Origin: Mobula hypostoma
Lineage: Eukaryota
NCBI RefSeq assembly: GCF_963921235.1
Contig: NC_086108.1
Location: 21,142,001 to 21,206,000, forward strand
Reading direction: 5' to 3'
DNA: 64,000 bases
Shown: piece after piece, positions 46,580 through 59,979 of the stretch
Layout of the letters: each line of letters opens with the position of its first letter
How positions within the stretch are numbered: the stretch's first letter is position 1
Translations under genes and position numbers: made by a program
The notes under the pieces: model-generated
The model's input: the letters and a program-made list of their open reading frames with translations, nothing else
Told to the model about the DNA's origin: nothing
Database searches by the model: none

Positions 46580-49258
46580 AGGAGTTGCAGAGGAAGCATG
46601 ACCCAAAAAGCAGAGCAGTAGAGACAATTTAGCAGTGAACAATACTTTACTAATGAACTGTAAAATAACAAGCCGTGAGGGGACACAAAACAAGAGAGAA
46701 CAGATATTAAGCACAACAGGTAACAAGGCAACTGAAGGCTAGGAGCAATTGGTTGAGGATAACTGGTTCGATGAGTGAACAGGGGCCATGGCTAAGAGCT
46801 AGATTTAAATAGACTGCAAGTGCTGAGTTGGAAACAAGTGGCAGGTGATTCCTGTTAACTCAGTGGAGATTGGGAGGTGCCTGTCTGTGCAGACCTGGCA
46901 GGACACACCCCTGTACAGCTGCATCTGATAACTCAGGGTGATCCAAGTGGGTCCATTGGAACTCCTTGATGAGTGTTGGGTTTAAGATGAAACTGGATGA
47001 AAGTCAAGCTCTCTCTTCTGGGCTGTTTCCTTCTTCATCAGCCAGGTACTGTGCACCCTGTCCACAATGACATGAATCCATCTACCAGCGATCCGTGTAC
47101 ACTGACTACCTTCCACCATCTCTGGTTGCAGATGTGCAGGATCAGGTGGTTGACTGATCCATGGACCACAGGCTTGAGGCAGGACATGTGGAAGGTGGGT
47201 GTGACCCTGAGGGACAGTGGCATCTGGAGACAGTAAGTGACAGGATTGATGTGATGGGTCATCTTAAAGGGACCGATGAACCAGGGCGAGAGCTTGCAGG
47301 AATCAGCATTCCAGAGTAATCTGGCTGGGTGCTGACAGCAGTTGGCCCAGTGGCAGTAGACATGGTTGGCAGCTATGATGGTCCTTTGTGCCCTCTTCCA
47401 AGCATTGTTTGGCATCAGTGAACCAGAGCTCTGGTAGACAGGACCTCCACATGGGACAATGGGGATTAGTAGACATGAAGCATGTCAAAGGGTGACATAC
47501 CTGTGGCAGAGGAGGTATGCTCGAAGAAGAGAGCCCAGCAAACCCAACGTGGGTTGAGTTGATGGATCTGTTGTATGGATATGAGGTTCTGGTAGTCAGT
47601 TCAGATCAGGAAGGGCTTTGCATTTCCCATCAGTGAATGTCTCCATTCCTCCAAGGCCTATTTAATGGTGAGTAGCTCCCTGTCTCCTACTCCATGACAG
47701 CACTGTGTAGAGTTGAACTTGTGCAAAGAGAAGGCACAAGGCTGTGTCTTCCTGTCCAGCTCTCACTAGGATAGAATGATGCCGGCACCCACGTCAGATG
47801 CATCCACCTCTACCACAAAAGATCCAGCGGGGTTCAGATGGTGGAGAATGGGAGCAGTGGTGAAAAGTCTTTTGAGCGCCTTGAAAGTGTTGTCCACAGC
47901 AGCAGACCAGGTTATCTGTGAGTTAGGTGACTTGGTGAGGGAAATGAAAGGAGCAGTGATTTGGCTGTAGCTTCAGATGAAACGGCAGTAGAAGTTGGAG
48001 ACTCCCAAGAAGTGTTGTAGTTGTTTGAGGGAGCGCAGTTGGGGCCTTTCAAGGACAGTGCGCACTTCCTCCAGGTCCATGGTTACACCTTGGGGTGAAA
48101 AGATGTAACCCAGGAAGGAAATTACTGGCATGTGGAACTGGCGTTTTTCTAACTTGTAGTACAGCTGGTTTTCGAGGAGATGCTGAAGAACTAAATGGAT
48201 GTGACAGATGTGGTCTTGATGGTCCCTGGAGAAATGAGGATGTTGTTCAGACAGACAAACACATATCTATGTAGCATGTTTCAGAGGATTTTGTTAATGA
48301 AAGTTTGGAAAACAGCTGGACTGTCGGAAAGTCGGAGTAGCATCACCAAGTATTTGTAGTAGCCAGTGTGTGTTATAAACACTTTCTTCCACTCATTCCC
48401 TTGGTGAATGCAGATCAGGCTGTGTGTGCTCCATAGATCCAGTTTGTTGAAGAACTTAGCCCAGCGGAGTGTTTGAAATGCACTATCCATCAAGGGGATG
48501 GGGTAGTGGTTCTTAATGGTGATTTTGTTGAGTCCATAGTAGTCAATGCTGGGACGAAGACCCTACTACTTTCTTTTTGACAGCAGATGGTTGAATGAAG
48601 CAGTGCTTCAGCAATGTAGGCATTCATGACTTGGGTTTCAGGAGAAGGGAGGGCAAATAGACAATGTTGGGGAGATGTGATGCCAGGGAGGAGTTCAATC
48701 ACACAGTCCTGTAGTCTGTGAGGTGGCAGGGTGCTGGCTTCCCTCTTACTGAAGGCGATGGCAATTCCTATGGGGTTTTGGTGAGGTCAAGGGTTTCCTC
48801 TGCCTCCATGGATTTATGGGGTGAAATCAGCTGAGGTTGCAAGCAGGTGGTCTGATAGGTGGATCCTCAGCTCAGCAGTGAACCTGATGACCATGCAAAA
48901 TGAGGGTCATGGGTGCCGGGGTAACCCAAGATGAAGTGTTGGGTGAGTCAATCAGGAAGAATAGGATGGACCCGTAATGCTCTCCAATGCTCATGTGCAC
49001 ACTCTGACTATCCCAGACACCAAGCGACATCTGTCAATGTCCGTGATGCAAAAGGGGTGAGAGATGGATCAGTAGGAATTCCAAGTTGCACACACAAGAG
49101 TCTGGACCAGAACGTTGCCTGCTGTGCTGGAATCTACCAGAGCCTCCTGTGCGCATAGAGCTGTTGGGGTGTGGGGGAGGACAGACAGAGTGAGTTGGGC
49201 TATGGTGCTGGAATGAGAGACCAAAATTAGAGTATGGTGCACAGTTCCAGTCACCTTC
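46580..49258 (-). mobile_element. Decayed Ty3/Gypsy chromovirus (sushi-like): protease, RT, RNase H, integrase C-terminus, chromodomain and putative 3' LTR
   Basis: ALVDSSTAGN (protease), FFNKLDLW...GNEWKKVF...YLVM (RT), VEVDASDVGAGIILS (RNase H), [10 protein letters not shown]...[10 protein letters not shown] (GPF/GPY motif), QYLAD..G.SPEER...LIKEF (chromodomain). PPT-like AGGGGTGTGTCC, then TG at 46900; LTR to ~46580. Confidence 0.88.
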
Positions 49259-49929
49259 CTACAGGAAAGATATCAATAAGCTTGAAAGAATGTAGAGAAA
49301 ATTGATATGGATGTTCCCAGGATGAGGACTGGAATTAGAGGGATAGGTTGAATAGGTTAGGATTTTATTCCCTAAAGTGCAGGAGCATGAGGGAAGATGT
49401 TATAAGAATCTACAGAACATCTTGAGACTTCATCCTTCATCTTGGACTAAAGCATGAAAAATGTTCAAATTCCTTAAGAGTGGTGTAAAACAGTGATTAT
49501 TGCTCTGCCAAAACCCAGGGAAACCAGCTAATCATCCTGGTACATGTAGCCAGATGTTGTTGCTGTGCACTATGTAATGTTTTTCTTTTTAAAATATTCT
49601 TATTTCATAAAATTATTGATTTATAATATAGTACATTCATATGTCACCATTTACAAAATAGTGTGTTGTTTTTGCATGCATCAGTTTTACCTCACATGAC
49701 CAATCCTCTAGCTGAAAGCCCAAGTGGATTTTTACACAGTTTCTAGTCCTTTGGTGTGCAGTGCAAGAGGACCTTATGCTACGGATTTAACCCAGACTTG
49801 TGACATATGCACCAAGCTCCACTGCATCACTCAGCATTTGGACGAAGACCCCAAGATTCATCCCCCAGAGGATTTGTCTAATCATCAAGGCAGACCCTTC
49901 CCAAGAACAAATCCACTTTATGCCACAGT

Positions 49930-50190
49930 TAAATTCAAAGTTCAAAGTAAATTTATTATTGGAGTACATATATGTCACCATATACAACCCTGGGATTCAT
50001 TTTCTTGAGGACATATTCAATAAATCCATATTAGAATAATAATCGTAATAGAATCACTGAAAGACTGCGCCAATTGGGTGTTCAACCAGTGTGCAAAAGA
50101 CAATAAACTGCAAATTAAATAAATAAATGAGCAATAAATATAAAAAACATGAAATGAAGAGTCCTTGAAAGTGAACAGTGAGCAAGTGGT
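49930..50190 (-). mobile_element. Rex1/Babar-type 3' tail fragment
   Basis: TTCAAAGTTCAAAGTAAATTTATT tail, similar to 45230-45300 and 45500-45660. Confidence 0.55.
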
Positions 50191-51194
50191 TGCTCTCCTT
50201 AGGAACATTAAGGTTGACTTTCAACACAATTTTAAGGCTGTTACTACTGTAATTAAACTTACCCTGATACACAGTACTATTTGGAAGCAAGTCCATTGTC
50301 TTCCCATTTAGAAAGATTTAGCTGCCCTCCCAATGCACCTTTTGGTCTCCCAGTCACGTGCTTCAGCAGTCTAAAGGAGAGCATGGAAGGAAACTGCCAT
50401 TCAGAATAAACATTGAACCTTCAACGAACAGTAATGCCCTCTTGTTTGGAGCTGCACATATAGATGGCTCTAAATCAGACTTAGCAGCCATAAGCAACTA
50501 ATTCTTACAGAATGTAACTGAGGCAACTCTGATCAAACTATGGACTACATGAAACAACACACTGCCCTCTGTACAAACTTACTCAAGGGCACTGGACTGG
50601 TTACTGAACCGTTACTGGATTTAAAGATAGTGTTCTGTCAGTAAAATGAAAGAAAGCAATACCTCAACCATTTTCTGCCTGAGCAGACCCCACTCCCTGT
50701 ATGAGGGTATTCCAACCCCATGCCCTGTGCCACCCTCTCTCCAACCCCTGATGATCCTCCCTAATTCATGTTACAGATATCTGCAATAGCATTACAACAT
50801 AGAGGAATGGTCAATTCTGCTGTGTACAGGTGTAGGCCCTTGTGAGTGGTTGAATATTACCGTCCCTTCCTTTTGCTCATCCAAGTTGGGGGAGGCTTTT
50901 GTCCCATATATAATATGGGGACCTCTGATATGAAAACTCTGGGAGATTTGAGGTAGATGCTTCTTTTTTCTCTAAAATATGCCAAGGGAATTCTCCATTG
51001 ACTGGAAACATTAACCCTTCTTCTCTCTCAATAATTGCTCTCTGATTTGCAGAGCAGTTCCTGGTTTTATTTACTAATGTCTGCTGTATTTTGCTTTTCG
51101 ATTGGGCAAAAGCATTCTGTCGACTCGGAGCAGTTTTGCTTCAGACTAATGGTATTTACCCCAAATTAGACCTGCAAGTGCCGAGTAAGCTACA

Positions 51195-51506
51195 TAACCA
51201 GAGGCCACAGTTTAAGAATAAGGAGTAGACAATTTAGAACAGAGTTGAGGAAAAACTTTTCACCCAGAGAGTTGTGGTTCTGTGGAATGCTCTGCCTCAG
51301 AAGGCAGTGGAGACCAATTCCCTGGACTCTTTCAAGAAAGAGTTAGATAGAGCTCTTAAAAATAGCGGAGTCAAGGGATATGGGGAGAAGGCAGGAAAAG
51401 GGTACTGATTGTGGATGATCAACCATGATCACAGTGAATGGTGGTGCTGGTTTGAAGGACTGAATGGCCTACTCCTGCACCTATTGTCTATTATCTATTG
51501 TCTATT
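51195..51506 (+). mobile_element. CR1 3' end with (CTATTGT)n tail
   Basis: RGHSLRIR...KNFFTQRVVVLWNALPQKAVE, followed by the 3' UTR. Confidence 0.85.
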
Positions 51507-52299
51507 TGCTACTTGATGACTGTGCTCCAAAGTTGGACTCTTTGTGGGAATGTAATAACAGTGCATGAACTTGTTGCAATTCTCTACTAGTTATGTGCCA
51601 GTTAGATGTTCTATTGGATTATAGGATTATTTATTTAAATGGAGATGAATAGGTGTGAGGGTGAAGGGCAAGTAGAAGGATTTTTTTTTAAATTGAGTTT
51701 GCTTCAGTAATTTTACCTAAAGGTGTTTAGAAATGTTTTAAGTGATTTGAACATTATATGTTTTAAACTTACAGACACTTCTTTATTAATTGATATTTGG
51801 AAAACAGTTTTGGGATGTTTCTGAATGTTAGGGATAGTTTTGACAGTAATGAAAGCCTGGAAATGTGGTTTTACTGACTTAGTTTTCTTCAGCTGCTTCA
51901 TGAGAAGGACTTGTTCAAGTCCCAGACCACATCGTGGGATTGCATTATCGTTTTGCATTGGGACATCCAATGCACATTACCAGATCTGGGAATGCATAGT
52001 TGGGCCATTCATCAACAGCAAGTGCAGCTAGCCCACTGATGACAACAATTTTTGCACACTGTTGCCAAGAAATCAATGCATTGTGTTATCATCTCAAAAT
52101 TTATTCAGAATTGGCAGAGAACAATGAACCTGTTAGAAACCAAAGGGCCCGCAGAAGAAAATAACTTCCCTCTTCTGTATTTACTGTGTATAATATACCC
52201 AACTGAGAGAAATCAGTGAAAGGATAAAATGTTAAGAACACAGTCAAAATGTTCAGATTCCCATTCCTAACTTTCCGTGCACAATTCATAATTTCCAAA

Positions 52300-54097
52300 C
52301 ACATTAAGACATATGAGCAGAATTAGGTCATACAGCCCATCAAGTCTGCCCAGCAATTCAATCATACTTGATTTATTTTCCCTCTCAACTCCATTCTCCT
52401 GACTTCACCCCATAAACTAATAATCAAGAATCTATCAAACTCCTTTTTAAATATACCCAATCTCCTGCCTTCTCCCCGAATCCTCTCATGCCCTAACTAA
52501 TCAAGAATCTATCAACCTCTGCCTTAAATATACCCAATGATTTGGTCTACATTGCCACCAGTGTTAACAAATTCCACAGATTCACAACTCTGGCTAAAGA
52601 AATTCCTCCTCATCTCCATCCTAAAAGGACATGCAGAGGGGCTTGGGAGTGCTTATGCATGGATCACAAAAGGTTGGCTTGCAGGTGAAGCAGGCTATCA
52701 AGAAAGCAAATGGAATGTTAGCCTCCATTGCTAGAGGGATTGAATTTAAGAGCAGGGAGGGTATGCTGCAAGTATACAGGGTACTGGTGAGACCACAACT
52801 GGAGTACTGTGTGCAGTTCTGGTCTCCTTACTTGAGGAAGGATATACTGGATTTGGAGGAAGTGCAGAGGAGGTTCACCAGATTGATTTCAGAGTTGAGG
52901 GGGTTAGATTATGATGAGAAATTGAGTCGCCTGGAACTGTACTTGCTGGAATTCAGAAGGATGAGAGGAGATCTTATAGAAACATATAAAATTATGAAAG
53001 GGATATATAAGATCAAGGTAGGAAAGTTGTTTTCACTGGTAGATGAGACTAGAACTAGGGGGCATAGCCTCAGGATTTTGGGAGGGGGGAGTAGATTTAG
53101 GATGGAGATGAGGAGGAACTACTTTTCCCAGAGTGGTGGATGTATGGAATTCTCTGCCCAATGAAGCAGTGGAGGCTACCTCAGTAAATATATTTAAAAC
53201 AAGGTTAAATAGATCAGATTAGGAGGACACGCAGTCCTCTTTTATTGTCATTTAGTAATGCATGCATTAAGAAATGATACAATGTTCCTCCAGAATGATA
53301 TCACAGAAACACAAGACAAACCAAGACTAAAAAACTGACAAAACCACATAATTATAACATATAGTTTCAACAGTGCAAAAGCAATACCGTAATAAAGAAC
53401 AGACCATGGGCACAGTAAAAAAAAGTCTCAAAGTCTCTCGAAAGTCCCATCATCTCACGCAGACGGTAGAAGGAAGAAAAATTCTCCCTGCCATGAACTT
53501 CCAGCGCCGCAAACTTGCCGATGCAGCACCCTAGAAGCACCCGACCACAGCCAACTCAAGTCCATCCGAAAACTTCAAGCCTTCAACCAGCCCTCTGATG
53601 CCGAACACCGAGCATCATCTCTGCCGAGCGCTTCAACCCCGGCCCCAGCAACAGGCAATAGGCAAAGCCGAGGATCCCCCTCCGGAGATTCTCGATCACA
53701 CAGTAGCAGTGGCAGCGAAGCAGGCATTTCAGAAGTTTCTCCAGATGTTCCTCCGTGCTTCTCACGTCCGTCTCCATCAAATCAGGATTGTGCACGGTAC
53801 CTACTTAGAAATGCAATATCATTTCGGAGCGGCCGCGCTGCGTCGCACCGCCATCTTCTTCTCCCCTCCCCTATGATTTTTGCATAGTAGGGGAATTAAG
53901 GGTTTTGGGGGAAAAAGCAGGCAGGTGGAGATGAGTCCATGACCAGATCAGCCATGATCTTATTGAATAGCGAAACAGGCTCAACAGGAGAGATAGCCTA
54001 CTCCTCCTGCTCTTATTTCTTATGTTCTAATGTTCTTATGATGTCTCTGTTCTGAGGCTGTGTCCTCTGGTCTTGGACTCCCCCACCATAGGAAACA
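52300..54097. mobile_element. Nested CR1 pair: an antisense 3' end (52300-52635 and 54040-54097) interrupted by a sense CR1 (~52636-54040)
   Basis: Sense ORF 52631-53164 (RPQLEYCVQFWSPYLRKD) with a TTCTTATG tail. The antisense copy resumes CTGTTCTGAGGCTGTGTCCTCTGGTC after the tail. Confidence 0.8.
53215..53871 (-). mobile_element. Non-autonomous retroposon (~660 bp), copy 2
   Basis: Antisense homolog of 5298-5973 (5' GAAGAAGATGGCGG; shared translation TVAVAAKQAFQKF). It interrupts CR1 between AAGGTTAAATAGAT and TTTTTGCATAGTAGGGG. Confidence 0.82.
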
Positions 54098-54106
54098 TGT
54101 TAAAAA

Positions 54107-54830
54107 ATGATAATAATAATAATAATAATAATAATAAACACTTTATTGATCCCAAGTGGGAAATTCTTTTGTTTACAGCAGCAACATTTAAAAACACACT
54201 TAGCAGTGTGCTGACTAAAGTACAGCATAATAATATACATAATAATAATTTACCAAATGTGCAATAATAATATATGAAATAATAAAATGGAGACTATTGT
54301 ACTATGATGTGTGTTCTCCTGTCGCATAGAGATGAACTGTTATATATGCTAATTGCATTTGGTAGGAAAGTTTTTCTGTAACAATCCTTGTGAAAGTGGA
54401 GCTGAATGACTCCGTTCGAAAGGCTGCTCCACTGCTTATTCATGGAGAAGATGCGTCTGATTGTCCATAATGGATAAGAGTTTGTTCAGTGACCTCCTGT
54501 CCACTACTAACTCAAAGACGTCAGTGTTTTAGCCAAGGATGGATCCAGCCTTTCTAATGATTTTATTTTGTATTTTTGCATCAACAGCACCGATGCTGCT
54601 CCCCCAACATAAAGCAGCAAGGACTGTACTCACTACAACAGACTGGTAAAAGATCTCCAACATCCTGCTGCACACATTGATGGATCTCAACTTCTTTAGA
54701 AAATAGAGTCTGCTCATCCCCTTCTTGTAAATAGCCTTGGTGTTGGTTTCCAGTCAAGTCTGTTGTCGAAGTGAACACCCAAGTATTTGTACTCTTCCAC
54801 CACCGCTACAACTTCTCCCAAAGTGTATAC
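54107..54830 (-). mobile_element. Rex1/Babar-type LINE 3' fragment with (TTA)n tail
   Basis: YKYLG...SRLYFLKKLRSINVCSRMLEIFYQSVVVS; (AAT)n at 54110-54137. Confidence 0.78.
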
Positions 54831-56175
54831 ACAGCTCATTACAAGACACACAACCCAGAGTCGCCATCTCCCAGGTGGGCTCAACCACAAGCTTCTCTAA
54901 AAAGCGATTTTGTAAATATTCTTCAAATTTCTTTTTTTGGATCCAGTACCAACCCAATTTTCCCAATCTATCTGCACATTAAAATGCCCTTTTTACATTT
55001 CCTTTCTATCTCCCCTTGTAATTTTTACCCTACATCCTGGCTACTCTTTGGAGGCCTGAATTTAACTTCTATCAGGGCCTTACAGTGTTATACAGAAACT
55101 CTACCCACAAGAATTCTACATCTTCTGATCCTATGTCACTTCTTTCTAAAGATTTGATTTTATGTTTTACCAACAGAGCCACCCCACCTCCTCTGCCCAC
55201 CTGCCTTTCTTTCCAATACAACATATATCCTACAATATTAAGCTTCCAACTATGATCTTCTTTCAACCATGACTCAGTGATGCCCACAATGTCACACTGT
55301 CAATCTCTAAATATGCTACGAGATCATTTACCTTATTTTGTATACGATGTGCATTCAAATATAACACTTTCAGTCCTGTATTCACCACCCTTATTTTCAA
55401 CTTTACTCTGCTTGAAGTTAAATTCTTATCCCTTTCTAAACTTTTTGCCTTATTCTGTACTCTTGACACTTCAACTTCTCCTGCACTCCCCCTCCCTTTT
55501 ATTTTATCAATACTTTTCAAGCTGCTGAATCACCCCCTCCTATTAACGTAAAGCCCTGTCCACAGTCCTAGTTATGTTGGTTCCAACATGGTTCAGGTGG
55601 AGCCTGTCCCATTGAAACAGCTCCCTTTTTCCCCAATACTGGTGCCACAAATTCAGATCCACTTCTCCCACACCAATCTTTGAGCCACACATTTAACTCT
55701 CTGATCTCATTAATCCCGTGCCAATTTGCATGTGGTAACAATCTAAAGACTATCATCTTTTTGGTTCTGCATTTTAATTTAGTCACTAGCTGTTCAAATT
55801 CCCTTTTTCCTTGCTCTTCCTACATTGTTAGCCCCCACATGGACCATGAAAAGTGAAACAGATGTGACTGTCTCCAGAAACACAGTGTCTAGTAACACTC
55901 ACCCCCCGCCCCCGTGATGTGTTACAATGTTTGATGCTCAGATTCCACATCATCAACTTTGAGATGGTGATCCTTGAGCAACCAATACTTGCTGCAGTTG
56001 AAGTCATGAGGAACCACAAAGGGATCCATCAGATCCCACATCATGCAGGCACATCACCTCACAATGTATCTCTACATTATTTAAATAGTTGTATCTTTTT
56101 AGTTAACTACTATAAAAAGTAACTTGCCGGTTCTGACCTGATTCCCAAAGCTTTTTGAGCCAAAGCCTCAGGCCT
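54830..56175 (-). mobile_element. CR1 5' portion (ORF1 remnant and endonuclease), decayed
   Basis: EIRELNVWLKDWC, LKVLYLNAHRI, GITESWL, GGGVALLVK, FLEKLVVEPT. Confidence 0.8.
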
Positions 56176-56522
56176 CAGACTCCTTTACTGGCCCACTCAC
56201 ACGATGGCTGCTCCAAAATTACCTTCGGAGATGTTGGCTTCTGTCTTTTCTTGCCTCAGTTCCCCACCCTAACTCTGTCCAATCCAACAATGTCTGCTCC
56301 CACAATGGCTGCCCTTCTTAAAGCTAACTTCTTTTTATTGGCCCTTGCCAATGCCTAGTAACCCAAGCAATCTCTAACTCAATAGAAACTTGCACAGGCC
56401 TTACTTGATTTTTAAATTTGGTGCTACTCACGGCAAGGAACAGCTCCCATGATTTAAAACTTAACAGAAAATGTAAGGGTGTGACTGACAGAAAAAACAG
56501 ATTCTCAGTGATACTGCATATA

Positions 56523-57731
56523 CACCCTATCCTCGTTATATGTGAGGGATATGTTCCTCGAAGTTGACGCATAATGTGAATAATTATTTAAATGGAGAAA
56601 ATAGGGATGCGTTCCAGAGGGCTTCCTAAAAACGTTTTATCTGTAACTTATTCACATTTTTATTCCAATACGACGCAAAAGCAGAATTACAAGACAACGC
56701 TTGTATTATATTTAATCAATTTAAGGCAATATTCAATATAATAAATCATAGAAAGTTAACATCCTCTGGTGTACAGTTCTCACCAACAGTGGCAGGTGTG
56801 TTCGCTCCGGGTGTCGAGTGGTTGTTGTGGTGTCGGGCAACTTTACATGGATAAGGTAGTTGGTTGTGGTCGTCAGGATAATATCAAGCACAGCAAGGGG
56901 TGAAAGAAGACTCACAGAACTCTTAGATCTGCCGACAGCAGAAAGATTACGGCGATTTGCATAAAGTGGTGACGGTTGTTTGCTTGGCAGCATTCTGTTT
57001 TTCAGCATAAATTTGCTTGTAGGGAAGAAGGATTGACTGCAGGGAACGACTGAAATGCTGACTCCGTTCTAAACTTGGGTCCATGTCCATCGCCATTTGT
57101 GTTCCGACTTCCACCATTCCCGCACCGTTGGTAAACTCCCAGGATTTTCAAAATCATCTGTTGCTTGCAGCATCTGAGAGATAGTTCGCCGTAAAAAAAT
57201 ACGTACGCCTTGAGTGTGGATTACACCGGTCAAGTGGTTGGATCAGCAATGTTGTGTTAGGCAGCGGGAAATGCACTGTTATGTTAAGATAAATGCTCTC
57301 CAAATGTTTAGGATGGACTGGCGTATTGTCAAGCAACAAAAGAACTTTAAAGGCAAGATTCTGTTCCCGGCAGTAGATGCTGCGCTCTTTATAATTTCCA
57401 ATTTTTTTTCAAGTGTTAAAGCGGTTCTCTGCCACTCGACATGACATCGGACACTAAGGAGGCATAATTAAATATTTCAAGCACAAAATCATTGTGCCGT
57501 AGGTAAAACCAACAAAAGTTTAAGATCGTGCATCCACACCTTGCCAAAGCCAATGCGAGAGTGGCGGGAGAGAGATTGCGAGGCACGTGCCTGACTTGTA
57601 TTGGCGGGAAAGCGGTGCTTCTCGCATAACTGTGAATTTTGGACGTATGTAACGAGACCTTGGTAGAAATAGGTTCCTCGCATAACTGTGAATCCGCATA
57701 GTCTGAAGACGCATATAACGAGGATAGGGTG
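56523..57731 (-). mobile_element. Tigger/pogo DNA transposon, internally deleted
   Basis: TA TSDs and perfect 20-bp TIR CACCCTATCCTCGTTATATG. Minus-strand remnants KKLEIIKR and KVLLLLDNTPVHP...PNTTLLIQPLD (pogo-family DDE motif). Confidence 0.92.
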
Positions 57732-58485
57732 TAGTTTATGTGAACTTATTGACTAAAGTCTGACTACTGGATCAATCCTAACTGGACAAGAATACACCTG
57801 AACGATATGGGTCATGAGTAAAAGCATCATTGTCAATTCAGTTTGAACATACAGTATAAGATTAAGTCAATTTTAGACCAGAGTGGAGCTTAACCAGAGG
57901 GAACATGTTAAAGGCAGTAACGAGGTTAGTCAGTTAAGGCGCAATATAAATGCACATTTTGGATTTTATGAAAGAAAAGAGTTGACATAAAAATTTAGGA
58001 GCTAGGATTAACTAAATGAACACAAACTTATCCACAAGGTTTTAAAATAAGGAATAGGAAAAGGACACTTCATCACAGTGGAATCAAGAGATTTGAAGAG
58101 AGCCGGAAAGTAGTGTCAGGATCCAGATTTGTCCAACTATGATCTTACTGAATGGTTCTTACTGAAAGTCTGATCTGCTTCTGATTACATTTTTGTTCTA
58201 CTGAACACTTTGTAAAGAAAAGCATGAAGAGATAATAGATTGTTCATAAATCATGTTACAATGCCTGTGGTTGTCATATCTCTGATCCAAATCTAAACAG
58301 TAAAATTAGCCTGCTGGAGCTGCCTGTCACCTTCATTTGTCATTCCATTTCCACTTGGACCTTGTTGTCAACCACCTTTTGCATTATTCAAATCAAATTC
58401 AATACAAGTTCAAGGAATAAACATCACATCTTCTTAAAGGTTCTTTGGGACAATAGTTTTCAACAAATATGAGCATTTACAACAT

Positions 58486-59882
58486 CAGGCATCCCACCTC
58501 TCCCGGAAGTTCCGGGAGTCTCCCGCATATTGATAGCGGCTCCCTGACGCCTGGAAATTATATATAATATCCCAGAAATCTTTTTGTTTTGAGAGGGAGA
58601 GCGAGAGTGAGCGCGAGCATCCTGATTGGTCTCTCTTCATTGTAAAAGTGGTCCCCAACCACCGGGCTGTGAGGAAACGATATGATATGGCGAAATGAAA
58701 AGATATGAGTCAGCTGCACCTTTCCTCATTCCCTGTCATGCCCACTGTTGAGCTTGAATGCACACGAGGTCATTACCCACTCATCATCCATGTCAGCGTG
58801 GGAAGAAGATCAACTCCTCGAGCTTGCAAATGATGGTGGGCTGAGAAGTATGTTTGACATAACATCTCTGCCGGCATTCTGGATCAAAGTCAAGGCTGAA
58901 TATCCTGAGGTAACCACGGAAGCACTGAAAACATTGCTTCCATTTCCGACATCATATCTCTGCGAAGCGGGGTTTTCTGCAATGAATGCAACGCAAACTA
59001 AATTGTGGAATAGACTGGACATAAGGAACCCCCTTTGAGTATTGCGGTCTCCCATCACCCCTCGATGGGACCATCTTGTTGCAGGAAAACAGGCCCAGGG
59101 CTCCCACTGATTCAGCAATATTGGTGTGTTGCAATGATTTTATATGTTCATACGAGGAAAATATGCACTGTGTCTAATATCCAAACGTTACTTAAAATGT
59201 TATGATGGTATTGACTTATAAGTGACTTATTACTATATTCATACGAGGAAAATATGCACTGTGTGTTTAATATTAAATTCGTTAGATAAACCCTTTTAGA
59301 AACGAAATTGAGTGTATTAGGTGACTTATAGTTGACTTATCACCTATATTCCGGTCGTGATTAACAACCCCCCCCCTCCCGTCGGCCGATCCATGGTGCA
59401 AAAAAGGTTGGGAACCCCTGCAAGTAGACCTATCAGTTTTCTCTGTGGGCAGGCTTTACAGTCGACCTCAAAAATAATAATAGTGTTGCTCGCTGCACTG
59501 TTTGCAACAATGACTTTTCTATTGCCCATGGTGGGTTAAAATGTAAAAGACATGTTGAGGTGAGTTTAACAGGTGTCATTCGTTCATTAGCATAGCTAAT
59601 GTTATTTAAACTAGCTGGATAGCTGCTAAGGAGCCACTCCATTGATGTCCTACATGATGAAGCCAAACTCCCTGTAGACTTGCTTAAAGTTGTAATAGAA
59701 TAAACATGATAATATAATATATGTACATATTATAATGTCACATTTTCTGCATATACCCAACTTGGTTTACAGATTAGACAAAATCACTAAACAAAGTATT
59801 AAATACACCCTTGGAGGTCGACGGGTGGGGGGGGGCGGGATTCTACCTCCCTGAAATGAGTTTTTGCAGGGTGGGATGTCTG
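58486..59882 (+). mobile_element. Non-autonomous hAT-like DNA transposon with a 6-bp TSD
   Basis: TIRs CAGGCATCCCACC / GGTGGGATGTCTG flanked by CAACAT on both sides. Zinc-finger remnant RCTVCNNDFSIAHGGLKCKRHVE at 59491-59559, followed by GTGAGT. Confidence 0.8.
58646..59420 (+). mobile_element. hAT Charlie/Buster derivative nested in the 6-bp-TSD element
   Basis: Ends AGTGGTCCCCAACC / GGTTGGGAACCCCTG. hAT dimerisation domain FWIKVKAEYPE...LLPFPTSYLCEAGFSAM...RLDI at 58748-59038. TSD not clear. Confidence 0.85.
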
Positions 59883-59979
59883 CAACATGCTCGGTTTTTA
59901 TTTCAGATTTTACACTACAGAAGTGTTCATTTCACATCATAATTAAGCCTATCCCAGAAAATGTCTCTGCAAAGTAGTT

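Noticed and set aside
51713..52304. Minus-strand exon-like segments with splice-like signals
   Set aside because: The segment from the acceptor near 52128 to the donor near 51716 has stops in all frames and no homolog is recognised. A non-coding exon cannot be supported from sequence alone.
58748..59038. Domesticated hAT gene (ZBED/SCAND3/GTF2IRD2-like)
   Set aside because: Only the dimerisation domain is present, inside a short TIR-bounded element.
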